Shown: piece by piece, positions 8,957-17,757 of the stretch | Layout of the letters: each line of letters begins with the position of its first letter | Numbering within the stretch: the stretch's first letter is position 1 | Sequence record: NC_047995.1 | Direction: 5' to 3' (one strand) | DNA: 64,000 nt | Position numbers and translations under genes: made by a program | Notes under the pieces: generated by a model | The model's database searches: none | Seen by the model: the letters and a program-made list of their open reading frames with translations, nothing else | Told to the model about the DNA's origin: nothing

Positions 8957-9565
8957 ATGTCTATCGTAACCTTCTTCGCAAAACGTTCTTACGCCTCACT
9001 TGGTGCAGGCAACTTCACTATCGCTGCATCGCAGGTGCAAGAGTTGGCTGAGGCTGAATGCTTCGTTGTGTACACCAACACAGGCTTAGGCAACACGTTC
9101 GCAGTGAAGAACATCACAATCACACCTGTTGACGAAAACAACGTGCGTGTGTCGTTCGACCCTCTGACCGACGTTCATGCGCTGCCGTCTTCGATTCTCC
9201 CTAAAGAGCTTTTGGACGAATCTGCCGAACGTGTCGTAATGCCTGACGAAGATATGCGTGAGGTGCCACGCTTCTGCATCGCCAACGATGCTTCTGGCAA
9301 CAACCCCAATCTGCTGCAACTTAACCTCAACTGCCGTGAACGTTTCGTGCAGTATCATGGTGGCATGTGTACGCTGACCGAGTTGGTGCTGGCTCTGTTC
9401 GAGACAGGCATTCACATCTCTGACATTCACCACGGCGTGAAACAGAAAAGCAACCACGCTGCCGTGCTCGCACAATATCCCCGCACCGTGTTTGAGCTGA
9501 ACAAAGACAACGGCGTGACGCAAGACGATTTGCCTGTACTTGCTCGCATGACCGTGTTAATGTAA
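8957..9565 (+). CDS. Hypothetical protein, tandem paralogue of 9626..10210
   Basis: Shares (F/I)VYT, TI(T/V)D..V...F and PRF.I..D blocks with the next gene. Confidence 0.8.
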   Translation: MSIVTFFAKRSYASLGAGNFTIAASQVQELAEAECFVVYTNTGLGNTFAVKNITITPVDENNVRVSFDPLTDVHALPSSILPKELLDESAERVVMPDEDMREVPRFCIANDASGNNPNLLQLNLNCRERFVQYHGGMCTLTELVLALFETGIHISDIHHGVKQKSNHAAVLAQYPRTVFELNKDNGVTQDDLPVLARMTVLM

Positions 9566-9625
9566 TACCTGACTGCGGCGTTACGGCGTCGCACACAAAC
9601 AACTTCAATTGAGAGAGACACTATC

Positions 9626-10210
9626 ATGGCAATGACCGTCACCGCATTCATCAAGACAAACGAGAAGACTCTGGCTACTGGCGAGATTCTGATTAAGCGC
9701 CCACACTTCGAAGCGTTCTGTGAGTGTCAGGTCTGCATCGTCTACACGACAGGCAAAGAGCAAGGTAGCGCCAAAGCCTACGTGCTGTCTGACCTCACGC
9801 TGACCATCGTTGATAAAGAGCATGTGAAGATGACCTTCAACGACAAGCAGCCTATCGACTCTGCGACCATTCGTGAGTATCAGTATGACGAACGCGAAGG
9901 TGTGGAGGTTGCTGCGGAGAATCCTGAGGCAGTTGCTGAGATGCCTCGCTTCTCTATCTCGTCTGACCTGAGCGCTGAAACTCGCGTGTCGCTGCCTTAC
10001 GCTGTGCGCATGTTGATTGCTGAATACAAGTGTGGCTTATTCAACACCGCGACGTTCAAGCGCCGCATGACGTGCCAGAAATTCAAAGTAGTCTCTCTTA
10101 CTACTCGCGCTCGCCATGAGCCTGGTAGTCCCTACACAATCTTCCGTCACCGCCTGAGCCAGCTCGCTCTTATCTCTGACGGCAAGAACAATATCAACGT
10201 CTATCTGTAA
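9626..10210 (+). CDS. Hypothetical protein, tandem paralogue of 8957..9565
   Basis: Same shared blocks as 8957..9565. Confidence 0.8.
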   Translation: MAMTVTAFIKTNEKTLATGEILIKRPHFEAFCECQVCIVYTTGKEQGSAKAYVLSDLTLTIVDKEHVKMTFNDKQPIDSATIREYQYDEREGVEVAAENPEAVAEMPRFSISSDLSAETRVSLPYAVRMLIAEYKCGLFNTATFKRRMTCQKFKVVSLTTRARHEPGSPYTIFRHRLSQLALISDGKNNINVYL

Positions 10211-10258
10211 ACGAACATCGCCTCGCATTGTGCGGGGCTTTTCTATTTGGAGAATGCT

Positions 10259-10519
10259 ATGCACCACTACACCCGCGAAGAACTGGAAGCTATGAACTGC
10301 ATCGAGCTGGACCAGATTGCAAACGAACGCGAACTGCTGGAAGACAAAGATGAAGACGACGATCTCCCAGACGAGTTGCTTATCGGTATGATTCTCGACG
10401 ACCAGAACGAACAGCAACTGGCGGACGAAGAAGCCGAAGATAAGCAACGCGCCGAAGACGACCGCGATCCACGCATCAATCGCCGTGACGGTCAAGACGG
10501 TTCGGACGACTACTGCTAA
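10259..10519 (+). CDS. Small acidic protein with Rho-N/HeH-like module
   Basis: TREELEAMNCIELDQIANERELL...LPDELLIGMILDDQ fits the Rho N-terminal EL..M...EL..IA.....L..LI..IL pattern; GGAG SD. Confidence 0.7.
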   Translation: MHHYTREELEAMNCIELDQIANERELLEDKDEDDDLPDELLIGMILDDQNEQQLADEEAEDKQRAEDDRDPRINRRDGQDGSDDYC

Positions 10520-10522
10520 AAC

Positions 10523-10553
10523 AAAAGGGCTGCCATTGCTGGTGGCCCTTTTT
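10523..10553 (+). terminator. Rho-independent terminator
   Basis: aaaagggc...gcccttttt, potentially bidirectional. Confidence 0.7.
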
Positions 10554-10564
10554 CATTTCTGTAA

Positions 10565-10969
10565 ATGCCTCGTACATTCAACAACGCGAGACATTCAATG
10601 CGCCGCTTCCTCACTGTATTCAACGTCACTCAACAAGAGTTCGACGACCGCCGCTTCTATCAACACAAGCTGAACATCGTTACAACCATGCGTCGCACAC
10701 ACGGCGTACTGCTGGTTGTGCGTGAGACAGGCAAAGTGTTCGTAGCCACAACCGCGTCGTACCAACAAGCAGAAGAATACGACCTGCGTCGTGTGGACTT
10801 CTCCGCTCCTAGTGAAGTCACCGTAGAGTTGGGTGAGCGCTTCACTGAATTGAAACAGGCAATCGCAAACAACCTGCAGGACAAAAGCATCCGCTACTTC
10901 GGCCGCACTTTGAATCTCAACGAAGTGCAACACGCTCTCTACCACACGCAACTGGAGATCATTACGTGA
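10565..10969 (+). CDS. Hypothetical protein
   Basis: ORF coupled to the next gene (GTGA overlap); exact start uncertain. Confidence 0.7.
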   Translation: MPRTFNNARHSMRRFLTVFNVTQQEFDDRRFYQHKLNIVTTMRRTHGVLLVVRETGKVFVATTASYQQAEEYDLRRVDFSAPSEVTVELGERFTELKQAIANNLQDKSIRYFGRTLNLNEVQHALYHTQLEIIT

Positions 10970-11211
10970 AAGACATTGCAGCATCACTGGGCGCTCGCTT
11001 CGCTGTTACTTCGGCCGAACGTTGCTCCTCTCGTAAGAAAGCGCAGCCTCGCAACAAGACGCTCTCGGCAGCAACGACCGCAGACATTCATAACGCAGTC
11101 GAGCGCTTGTCTATTAAACTGAACCTCACGCGCTCTAATACAATCGAGTTGGCGATCAAGGAGCTGTGTGAGAAACACGGCATTGCAATAGGTAACACTG
11201 ATGGTATCTGA
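10966..11211 (+). CDS. Ribbon-helix-helix (CopG/Arc-like) DNA-binding protein
   Basis: KTLSAATTADIHNAVERLSIKLNLTRSNTIELAIKEL fits the strand-helix-helix pattern with (T/S)RS..I..A(I/L). Confidence 0.6.
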   Translation: MKDIAASLGARFAVTSAERCSSRKKAQPRNKTLSAATTADIHNAVERLSIKLNLTRSNTIELAIKELCEKHGIAIGNTDGI

Positions 11212-11566
11212 CACGATCTATTGCCGACTGTACGGCGTCACCTATCGTTTGAAGGTGACAGGCATCGACTTCTCTAAGACGCCGACAGCGTATATGGTAG
11301 AGCCTTGTGATCTACTGGTCATGCTGCCTCACTTTAAGCCCGGCGCTGCCTACGACACGTACCCTCTGTTTCGCATACTCAAAGCGGGCCGTGCCGACTT
11401 CAAGATTAAACTGATTGAGAAGGTAAGTTCCGACGAGTGGCGTTACTCATTCGTTGATTACGCAGGCAGACCGTTCAGCACTATTCTTAAACGGAGGAAG
11501 TATGACCATTGGTTTGATCAAAGTCCTAAGCCTAAAGGACAAGGCCCCAAAAGGGTTCGACCTTGA
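11201..11566 (+). CDS. Hypothetical protein
   Basis: ORF overlapping both neighbours. Confidence 0.7.
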   Translation: MVSDTIYCRLYGVTYRLKVTGIDFSKTPTAYMVEPCDLLVMLPHFKPGAAYDTYPLFRILKAGRADFKIKLIEKVSSDEWRYSFVDYAGRPFSTILKRRKYDHWFDQSPKPKGQGPKRVRP

Positions 11567-12134
11567 TATCACGCCTGTATCACGCGACGACGATTGGTGG
11601 TCGCTGAGTCCATTCTATCTGGGTCCGTGTCGTACACCTGACGGTATGATGTTCCTGAACATGGAGAACATGTGGCAGTACAGCAAGGTGTACGAAGAAC
11701 ATCTGGTCAACTCGAACGACCTGTTCCACGGTGAGATATCCCGTGAGTGGTGGGAGTGGCATTTGAAAGGCAGTACAACCGAGCAGGCGCATCGCTATCC
11801 GGCGGGGAAAGGTCGAAAGGCCTTGTTCTCGAAATGGGGCGACTTGCGCCTTTCGTACATTCCCGCACGAAAACAAATCTACGTGCCTGAGTATGCGCAG
11901 CTGGTGGTACATAAACCGAAGTTCAAACGCCTGCTCAAGGACTACAAGAAAGGCGCCAAGATTATCCTGCGTGACTATGACACCTACGATATTCAAAAGG
12001 CCTATCCTGATTCGCGTAGTCCCTGGCTGACCGCCATTCAAAACGAGAATGCAAAGTTCGGCCATGCGTTCGTCATTGCGCTGGCCCTGATGTTTCACGA
12101 ACGACCACTATGGTATAATCAATGGGTGATCTAA
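11502..12134 (+). CDS. NADAR-superfamily-like protein (candidate ADP-ribose processing enzyme)
   Basis: GGAGG SD before ATG 11502; LSPFY and ENMWQYSKV resemble the NADAR/YbiA LSNFY and EH(Y/F)(F/Y)QAxK motifs. Confidence 0.5.
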   Translation: MTIGLIKVLSLKDKAPKGFDLDITPVSRDDDWWSLSPFYLGPCRTPDGMMFLNMENMWQYSKVYEEHLVNSNDLFHGEISREWWEWHLKGSTTEQAHRYPAGKGRKALFSKWGDLRLSYIPARKQIYVPEYAQLVVHKPKFKRLLKDYKKGAKIILRDYDTYDIQKAYPDSRSPWLTAIQNENAKFGHAFVIALALMFHERPLWYNQWVI

Positions 12135-12439
12135 ACGGTAACTACTGGCGATACGATATAGACAAACGTGCAGGTAACCTGACGCTGCCTCATCTGCCGA
12201 AAGAGTTCACTGCTACCATCAAAGACAACCTGACGTTGATGCACACGCCAGTTAAGATTGATGGCACGACCATTGTGACCTCACAAGGCAAGACATGTGG
12301 TAGCCTGCAATTTCTCACAGGCGCCAACATTCTTATCTGGTCATCGTTTGAGTCCTACAGGTTCACGCTGATTGTCGATGAAGTGACTCGTATCAGACTC
12401 AAAGCAACCGACCGTCAATCTGCTGAACTCTGCAAATAA
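12122..12439 (+). CDS. Hypothetical protein
   Basis: ORF in array, ends at the next promoter box. Confidence 0.65.
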   Translation: MGDLNGNYWRYDIDKRAGNLTLPHLPKEFTATIKDNLTLMHTPVKIDGTTIVTSQGKTCGSLQFLTGANILIWSSFESYRFTLIVDEVTRIRLKATDRQSAELCK

Positions 12440-12484
12440 CTGGCTGAAATAGCCATTTAGTCTGATACGCTCCTATGATATACT
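12440..12484 (+). promoter_or_regulatory. Phage promoter class A
   Basis: CTGGCTGAAAT, then TGA-TATACT at +39. Confidence 0.8.
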
Positions 12485-12529
12485 ATATGTGAGCGCTATG
12501 CTCATACAACCAACGCTGAGGAGCGTATC

Positions 12530-12979
12530 ATGACTACTTTATCTATCGCTGATTTGAAAACCCCTGCTGCTTTCACTACGAACCTGACTTTCGGTCACAT
12601 GGAAGAATTGAGGGCCAACCTTGAACGTGCCCTGAATCGTCCTGACCTTGAAGTGTACGTCGATTGTGACGCAGGTTATACCCTTGAAGAAGCAAACACC
12701 GACGGTCCTGACCAGCTGGTGGGCGACCATGAATGTATTAACGTTCACGTTCGCTATGCAGGTATGTCGTTCGATGAATCGACGGCGAAAGGCGTGTGGG
12801 ATATTTTACTGCAAACCCCGCACGAAGATAACAGCATGTCCGAGTGGTCTAACTCATACATCATGTATGTGACCGATGAAAACCTCGACGCACTGGAAGA
12901 AGTGACGGTGGAAAACGGAAATCCACGTATGTACGAAACATTCGTTGATCGCATTAACTACTGGCTACCTAAGCTGTAA
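12530..12979 (+). CDS. Acidic hypothetical protein (early-type)
   Basis: GAGGAG SD; first gene after a class A promoter. Confidence 0.85.
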   Translation: MTTLSIADLKTPAAFTTNLTFGHMEELRANLERALNRPDLEVYVDCDAGYTLEEANTDGPDQLVGDHECINVHVRYAGMSFDESTAKGVWDILLQTPHEDNSMSEWSNSYIMYVTDENLDALEEVTVENGNPRMYETFVDRINYWLPKL

Positions 12980-12980
12980 G

Positions 12981-13049
12981 AGATTTGTGAAGGGTCTTCT
13001 GTGAGGGCCCTTTGAAAATCCTAAACCCTAAGCTGAGGAGCTTAACATG
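12981..13049 (+). repeat. ~68-bp intergenic repeat (hairpin + RBS + ATG), copy 1
   Basis: Near-identical to 13364..13431. Confidence 0.9.
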
Positions 13050-13364
13050 TCATCTTCTACTACTCTGACTTTCATCTTCCCAGAACTGACCACTCTGGAA
13101 GTTACCATCGGTAACGGCGTTGTTCCTGCTCGCCTTGAAGTAGCAGAGAACAAAAGCAAAACGTTCAGCGATATTGAAGCGCTGCGCCTGATGCAAGATT
13201 CAAACGTTAACGGCGTAATGTCTGGCTTCGACCTGTCGCTGTTGAATCTGCTTATCGACCGACACAACAATCGTGAGCATTTCCACTGTCAGGAATGCGT
13301 AATGTCTGGCGCAACGTACTTCCCATCGACGGGTCTGTACCTGCGAGTGTCGCATCACCGCTAA
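13047..13364 (+). CDS. Hypothetical protein bounded by direct repeats
   Basis: GAGGAG SD inside the repeat. Confidence 0.8.
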   Translation: MSSSTTLTFIFPELTTLEVTIGNGVVPARLEVAENKSKTFSDIEALRLMQDSNVNGVMSGFDLSLLNLLIDRHNNREHFHCQECVMSGATYFPSTGLYLRVSHHR

Positions 13365-13431
13365 GATTTGTGAAGGGCCTTCGACGAGGGTCCTTTGAAA
13401 ATCCAAACCCTAAGCTAAGGAGCTTAACATG
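13364..13431 (+). repeat. ~68-bp intergenic repeat, copy 2
   Basis: agatttgtgaaggg...gaggg.cctttgaaaatcc.aaaccctaagct.aggagcttaacATG shared with copy 1. Confidence 0.9.
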
Positions 13432-13701
13432 AGTAAATTTTCAGAAACAACTCCAGACGTGCGTGTGAGTCTGCTGGCCACAGCTTTTATCAGCATTTTG
13501 CCTGCCGCCATGCGTGGTATGACTCCTAACCAAAAGCAAAGTTACCTCGAATTTGTTCTTGGTCAAATTGGCACAACTGAGCAGGAGTTCATGGCCCTGC
13601 TCGACCAGAACACAAATATGAATGCCACGCTCGCTGCGGCTATCGTTGACGAATGCGAAGCTGCATTCAAGAAAGGCAAACACACCAACACACGTCATTG
13701 A
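13429..13701 (+). CDS. Helical hypothetical protein, paralogue of 41558..41929
   Basis: KFSETTPDVRVSLLATAF...YLEFVLGQIGTTEQEFMALL aligns with the 41558 protein. Confidence 0.8.
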   Translation: MSKFSETTPDVRVSLLATAFISILPAAMRGMTPNQKQSYLEFVLGQIGTTEQEFMALLDQNTNMNATLAAAIVDECEAAFKKGKHTNTRH

Positions 13702-13717
13702 TCTGGAGGAGCTTAAC

Positions 13718-14128
13718 ATGAAACAATATCCACTGCGCGGCCGTGTGTACACGTTGAAAGAAATCGAGAATGATCTCGAACTGCGTGACAGCCCGTTCTT
13801 GCGTTTCGTGTCGCAGAAAGTTCGTTACGAACACGAGGCATGTGCAGGCATTCAGGTCATTCAGACCTCGTCGCTTGCTAATCTGTCTGACATTGAAGGT
13901 TGGGCAGATACTCAGTGGTCCTATGTACGCGAGACCGAAGAGTGGATTCCGCTGTTCCGTGCTGTAGATGACGACGCGATTGAAGCGCTCTGCGTTATCG
14001 AAGCGTCCACTTCGGCCAGCGCCCGTGACGATGACCACATGCACGTCTATCCGAAAGGCACCGAGTGCAGTCAATACGAACCGTATGACAAAGCACTGCA
14101 TGGCGATCTGCTGGTGGCAGTAAAATAA
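13718..14128 (+). CDS. Hypothetical protein
   Basis: GGAGGAGCTTAAC-ATG start at 13718 (same RBS tail as the repeats). Confidence 0.8.
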   Translation: MKQYPLRGRVYTLKEIENDLELRDSPFLRFVSQKVRYEHEACAGIQVIQTSSLANLSDIEGWADTQWSYVRETEEWIPLFRAVDDDAIEALCVIEASTSASARDDDHMHVYPKGTECSQYEPYDKALHGDLLVAVK

Positions 14129-14135
14129 CAAAACA

Positions 14136-14167
14136 GGGATGCTCACAACCGTGCGCGTCCCATTTCT
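14136..14167 (+). terminator. Probable terminator
   Basis: gggatgc...gcgtccc followed by atttct. Confidence 0.55.
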
Positions 14168-14185
14168 CATTTAAGGACAAATCTC

Positions 14186-14695
14186 ATGATTCCCGAACTC
14201 ACTCACATTTTCAACGTAATGATGACCAGCCTGAAAGATATCCGCAGCGTTGACCGTCTGCATCTTATCAACAAGGGTGCCGTGCGTTTCCACCTGAAAG
14301 GCAAACAGTTTGACGTGCGTGGTACATTCCCTATGTTCTCCGTTCACGAAGTTGACAGCGCCTGCCTGCTGTATTCGAAAGCTGCCAAAGAGATTGAGAC
14401 GCAACTCAATGGCGAACCTATCGAAGAACTGGAAGAGGTTGTGAACGACGAAGTGTTTAACGATACGCTGATCGCACATGTTGACAGCATGGACGAACAA
14501 CACGTCCGCGCATACAACGAAGAATGCGGCGGTCCTGACTTAGACCCGATCAACGGTCAGCGCACCTGGCTCAAGACGCATTTCCTTCACATCGGTCACA
14601 ACACGCCAGACCTGTTAGAGACAGTCCTGATGATGGAGGGTAAAGAACGACGTGACGCTTTGGCAGAAGCCATTAAGGGGACGCTATGCTTCTAG
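14186..14695 (+). CDS. Hypothetical protein
   Basis: AAGGA SD; phage-like codon usage. Confidence 0.8.
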   Translation: MIPELTHIFNVMMTSLKDIRSVDRLHLINKGAVRFHLKGKQFDVRGTFPMFSVHEVDSACLLYSKAAKEIETQLNGEPIEELEEVVNDEVFNDTLIAHVDSMDEQHVRAYNEECGGPDLDPINGQRTWLKTHFLHIGHNTPDLLETVLMMEGKERRDALAEAIKGTLCF

Positions 14696-14973
14696 CTTGG
14701 GTTCTCAACCTGCCATGTAGGTATCGCGCATACCGTGATCGTTTCAAGTTAGAGATGGTTGATGCGTTCATCGCATTGCCTGCGCAAGACCAGCAATTGT
14801 TGTGCAAGGCCCTAGACGTGTCGAACACGCCTGAAGGTCTGGAGAAGTTCTTCGATACCTCTCGTAAGGACTTGGCTAAGAAGTGTGGCATTTACTACGT
14901 GCATTTAACACGCGACAGCAAACTGCTGTATGTTTTCCAACGCGTCATCCATAACATTCGTACAAGGAAATAA
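14686..14973 (+). CDS. Hypothetical protein
   Basis: AAGGGG SD; overlaps upstream gene. Confidence 0.7.
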   Translation: MLLAWVLNLPCRYRAYRDRFKLEMVDAFIALPAQDQQLLCKALDVSNTPEGLEKFFDTSRKDLAKKCGIYYVHLTRDSKLLYVFQRVIHNIRTRK

Positions 14974-14976
14974 AAC

Positions 14977-15417
14977 ATGAACGAAATAGATATTCTGATC
15001 CGTGAGTTCGACCGGGCGTATCTGAGAGCAGAAGCAGCGCCTTTCGGTAACGTCGCATATCACGTACAAGACCAAACAGACGGCCTGAAAAACATTGCAC
15101 TCTATCTGCGTTTTCGTTCTGGCCCACAAGCTCTTTGGCAGCGCCCTTGTTTAGTGCTCTCCACCGTTGATGTTCGTGACTCAGGCAAAGGTACATTCAG
15201 TGAGTTGCTTCGCCGCACGAAAGACCTGTGCCGTGAACGCGACTGGATTCTTCAAATTGAAAACGTCCTGACTCCGCAGTTCAGGAAGTTCCTACAGCGC
15301 GGTGGATTCAAACCATTCGGCATTGATAAAGATGTGCCGTACGGAAGTCTCTACTGGTTCCATGACGAGACAATCCCTCAGCAATGCGCGATGTACCCAG
15401 AGAGGCCACACCCATGA
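14977..15417 (+). CDS. GNAT-like acetyltransferase
   Basis: LVLSTVDVRDSGKGTFSELL (motif A-like, xGKG), followed by strand IENVL and FLQRGGF as in GNAT C-termini. Confidence 0.5.
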   Translation: MNEIDILIREFDRAYLRAEAAPFGNVAYHVQDQTDGLKNIALYLRFRSGPQALWQRPCLVLSTVDVRDSGKGTFSELLRRTKDLCRERDWILQIENVLTPQFRKFLQRGGFKPFGIDKDVPYGSLYWFHDETIPQQCAMYPERPHP

Positions 15418-15860
15418 ACATTCCTTGGTATGTGATGTTCGCTGTGGGTATGCTGCCTCTGTCCACTTGCTACGTTGTCTTCCCGTGGTTTCGTGCTGCT
15501 GTCAATCGCAGGCTGACGTTCAAGCCTCTTGACTATGACGCACTGGACGAGATACTGACGAACGGTATGCCTGAGAAAGTGACTATCACTTGTCTACAGG
15601 CTGCCTATCGTGCGAACGTCCCAACACACTCTCATGTGGATATCTATCCGCACAAAGACAACGTTGCTGTGATTCGTATGCTGGTGGACGACAACTTCCC
15701 TATTGCTCGAATCTTTCACAACGTTCTGATCGATAACTACAACGCATTCGCCGTGAAGTCGAACAGGGCGCCTCTGGTTACAATCAACCAGTGCATCTAC
15801 CCTGTCGTTGAATATGAGTACGACGATACGTACCTGCTGATCTACGTTAAGCACCAGTAA
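15414..15860 (+). CDS. Hypothetical protein with N-terminal membrane anchor
   Basis: Hydrophobic WYVMFAVGMLPLSTCYVVFPWF; ATGA overlap with upstream gene. Confidence 0.75.
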   Translation: MNIPWYVMFAVGMLPLSTCYVVFPWFRAAVNRRLTFKPLDYDALDEILTNGMPEKVTITCLQAAYRANVPTHSHVDIYPHKDNVAVIRMLVDDNFPIARIFHNVLIDNYNAFAVKSNRAPLVTINQCIYPVVEYEYDDTYLLIYVKHQ

Positions 15861-15869
15861 GGAAACATC

Positions 15870-16169
15870 ATGGTCACCCAACAACAACTGAATGAGTTTA
15901 CCTCAATGCCTGTGTTGCACCGTAAAGTGTTTCTACGCAGTATGCAGGTTGAGATGTTGGGTGCCCTGCCTGAGCTTACCGACATTGTGCGTGAGATGTT
16001 GTATCGCGCGATTGTCGTGGATGTGGCTCAAGCAGAAATGGCACTCCTTGCTGCACGTCAGATGTGTGACAACAAAGACGTCCGTAGAAGTATTGACGAT
16101 CTGCTGCAATTCGTTGCTCGTCTTCATGACGTGGCAACTGATAAACTTATTACTGGAGATATACAATGA
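15870..16169 (+). CDS. Helical hypothetical protein
   Basis: AAGGA SD. Confidence 0.75.
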   Translation: MVTQQQLNEFTSMPVLHRKVFLRSMQVEMLGALPELTDIVREMLYRAIVVDVAQAEMALLAARQMCDNKDVRRSIDDLLQFVARLHDVATDKLITGDIQ

Positions 16170-17230
16170 ACAAGACCATTGGCCTCATGATTGACGAAGA
16201 CGTAATGAACTGGCTGGACATGCTTATGCCGCAAGAACTTCGCCGCGTTATCGACGCACTGAATAACATTGTGTACTCTCGCCGACAGGAATTGACGGTC
16301 GAACGTCTGACCGAAGATGAAGACGTAGGCGCTCTGTCTCACAAAGAGCTGGAGATCATTCTACGCCACGCTTCTCCTAAGCATGAGTATGACACGTCCG
16401 TTCTGTCTAACGAGCAATTGCTCCGCTTGGCGATGGACGCGCAGTTCATCATCCAGTACACGCTGCCGTGCCACTGTTCTCCTATCATGGTCAAACGCGC
16501 TTTCGCTAACGGCCTTACGTGCTCGCTGCTGGGTGGCTTCTCGAATCGTGCTGATATCATCATGGCTGTTCATCATTGGGAGTACGGCCTGTCTAACATC
16601 TCACTTGATGCCGTTACCGATAGCGATGTACGCCCAGACGATCAAGGTCTGTACCTGTGCTACGACGAACACAAACAAATTCGCTATGGTCGTCTGTTCA
16701 AGAACGCGAACGAAGGCTGGACGTTCCACGAATCGTATTCGAACGGAGGTTCGACTTCCTGGCTGGAAGCAGGCGAAGGTAAAACCCTCGACGCAGATGA
16801 CTTGCCAATCTGCCTGCTGTCTCACTGGGTATTCGTAGCGCCCGACCGGTCGCCGTCAATCATTCGCAAAGAGACAGACATTAAACGCCTGTCTGACACA
16901 CAACGCATCTTCCTGTATCTGCGTAGCCTGAGTCCTCACGTTAAAGCTGAAATCGTTACTCACTTTGACGGCGTACTGGACAATCGCAAGTTCACGTCTG
17001 TTGATCAGATTGGTCGCCTGACAGAAACGGACTGGCGCAATGCTGCTATCGCTATCGGTGAAGAAGAACGTGGGCAGGAAGGTAAACACTTCTGGGATGA
17101 CCAGGGTGCTTGGGCTTGTTTCGTTGCTGTGCTCAACTCTCTGTGCTATGACATGGAGACACGCGACTTCCAACCTCAATACGAATATCAAGCTAACGAC
17201 GACACTCTGGACGAAGACAACAATGGCTAA
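16166..17230 (+). CDS. Hypothetical multidomain protein with possible HeH-like segment
   Basis: GGAG SD; segment VGALSHKELEIILRH...VLSNEQLLRLA. Confidence 0.8.
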   Translation: MNKTIGLMIDEDVMNWLDMLMPQELRRVIDALNNIVYSRRQELTVERLTEDEDVGALSHKELEIILRHASPKHEYDTSVLSNEQLLRLAMDAQFIIQYTLPCHCSPIMVKRAFANGLTCSLLGGFSNRADIIMAVHHWEYGLSNISLDAVTDSDVRPDDQGLYLCYDEHKQIRYGRLFKNANEGWTFHESYSNGGSTSWLEAGEGKTLDADDLPICLLSHWVFVAPDRSPSIIRKETDIKRLSDTQRIFLYLRSLSPHVKAEIVTHFDGVLDNRKFTSVDQIGRLTETDWRNAAIAIGEEERGQEGKHFWDDQGAWACFVAVLNSLCYDMETRDFQPQYEYQANDDTLDEDNNG

Positions 17231-17756
17231 ATCACTCGGCGTATACATGACTTACATTCTGCGACACAAGCCGCAGGATATCGGGATCGCAATGGACACT
17301 CAGGGCTGGGTGTCTGTTCTGGACTTTCTCCAGAAAGCGAAGTACGTTAAACAGGTCACTCTCGAAATGCTGATTGCCGAAGTTGAGGCAGACGAGAAAG
17401 GCCGCTTCGAGTTCAACTCCAATCGCTCGCGCATTCGCTGCGTTCAAGGTCACTCGGTTGAGAATGTCATTTTGAACCTCGAGCCGTTCACGGAACTTGG
17501 GCCTCTGTATCACGGCACGGCAGAAAAGAACGTTGCGTCGATCATGCACGAAGGGATTACGAAACGCCGACGCAAACATGTTCACATTAGTCGGGAGCAA
17601 GAAACTGCCGAGAACGTTGGACGCCGTCACGGTCTACCTGTTGTGTTCGAGATTGATACGCAGGCAATGATCACTCACGGCTACAAGTTCTACCGCGCAG
17701 AGAATGGTGTGATCTTAACGGACCATGTACCTTCTCGCTATATCAAGTTGGTGTGA
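17223..17756 (+). CDS. kptA: RNA 2'-phosphotransferase (Tpt1/KptA family)
   Basis: ILRH.P...MD..GW, RFE, IRCVQGHS, LYHGT, RKHVHIS and ENGVILTDHVP are the family motifs. Confidence 0.93.
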   Translation: MAKSLGVYMTYILRHKPQDIGIAMDTQGWVSVLDFLQKAKYVKQVTLEMLIAEVEADEKGRFEFNSNRSRIRCVQGHSVENVILNLEPFTELGPLYHGTAEKNVASIMHEGITKRRRKHVHISREQETAENVGRRHGLPVVFEIDTQAMITHGYKFYRAENGVILTDHVPSRYIKLV

Positions 17757-17757
17757 T

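Noticed and set aside
12981-13431. CRISPR-like repeat-spacer unit
   Set aside because: Only two full copies of about 68 bp, separated by a whole gene and containing an RBS and ATG; no cas genes.
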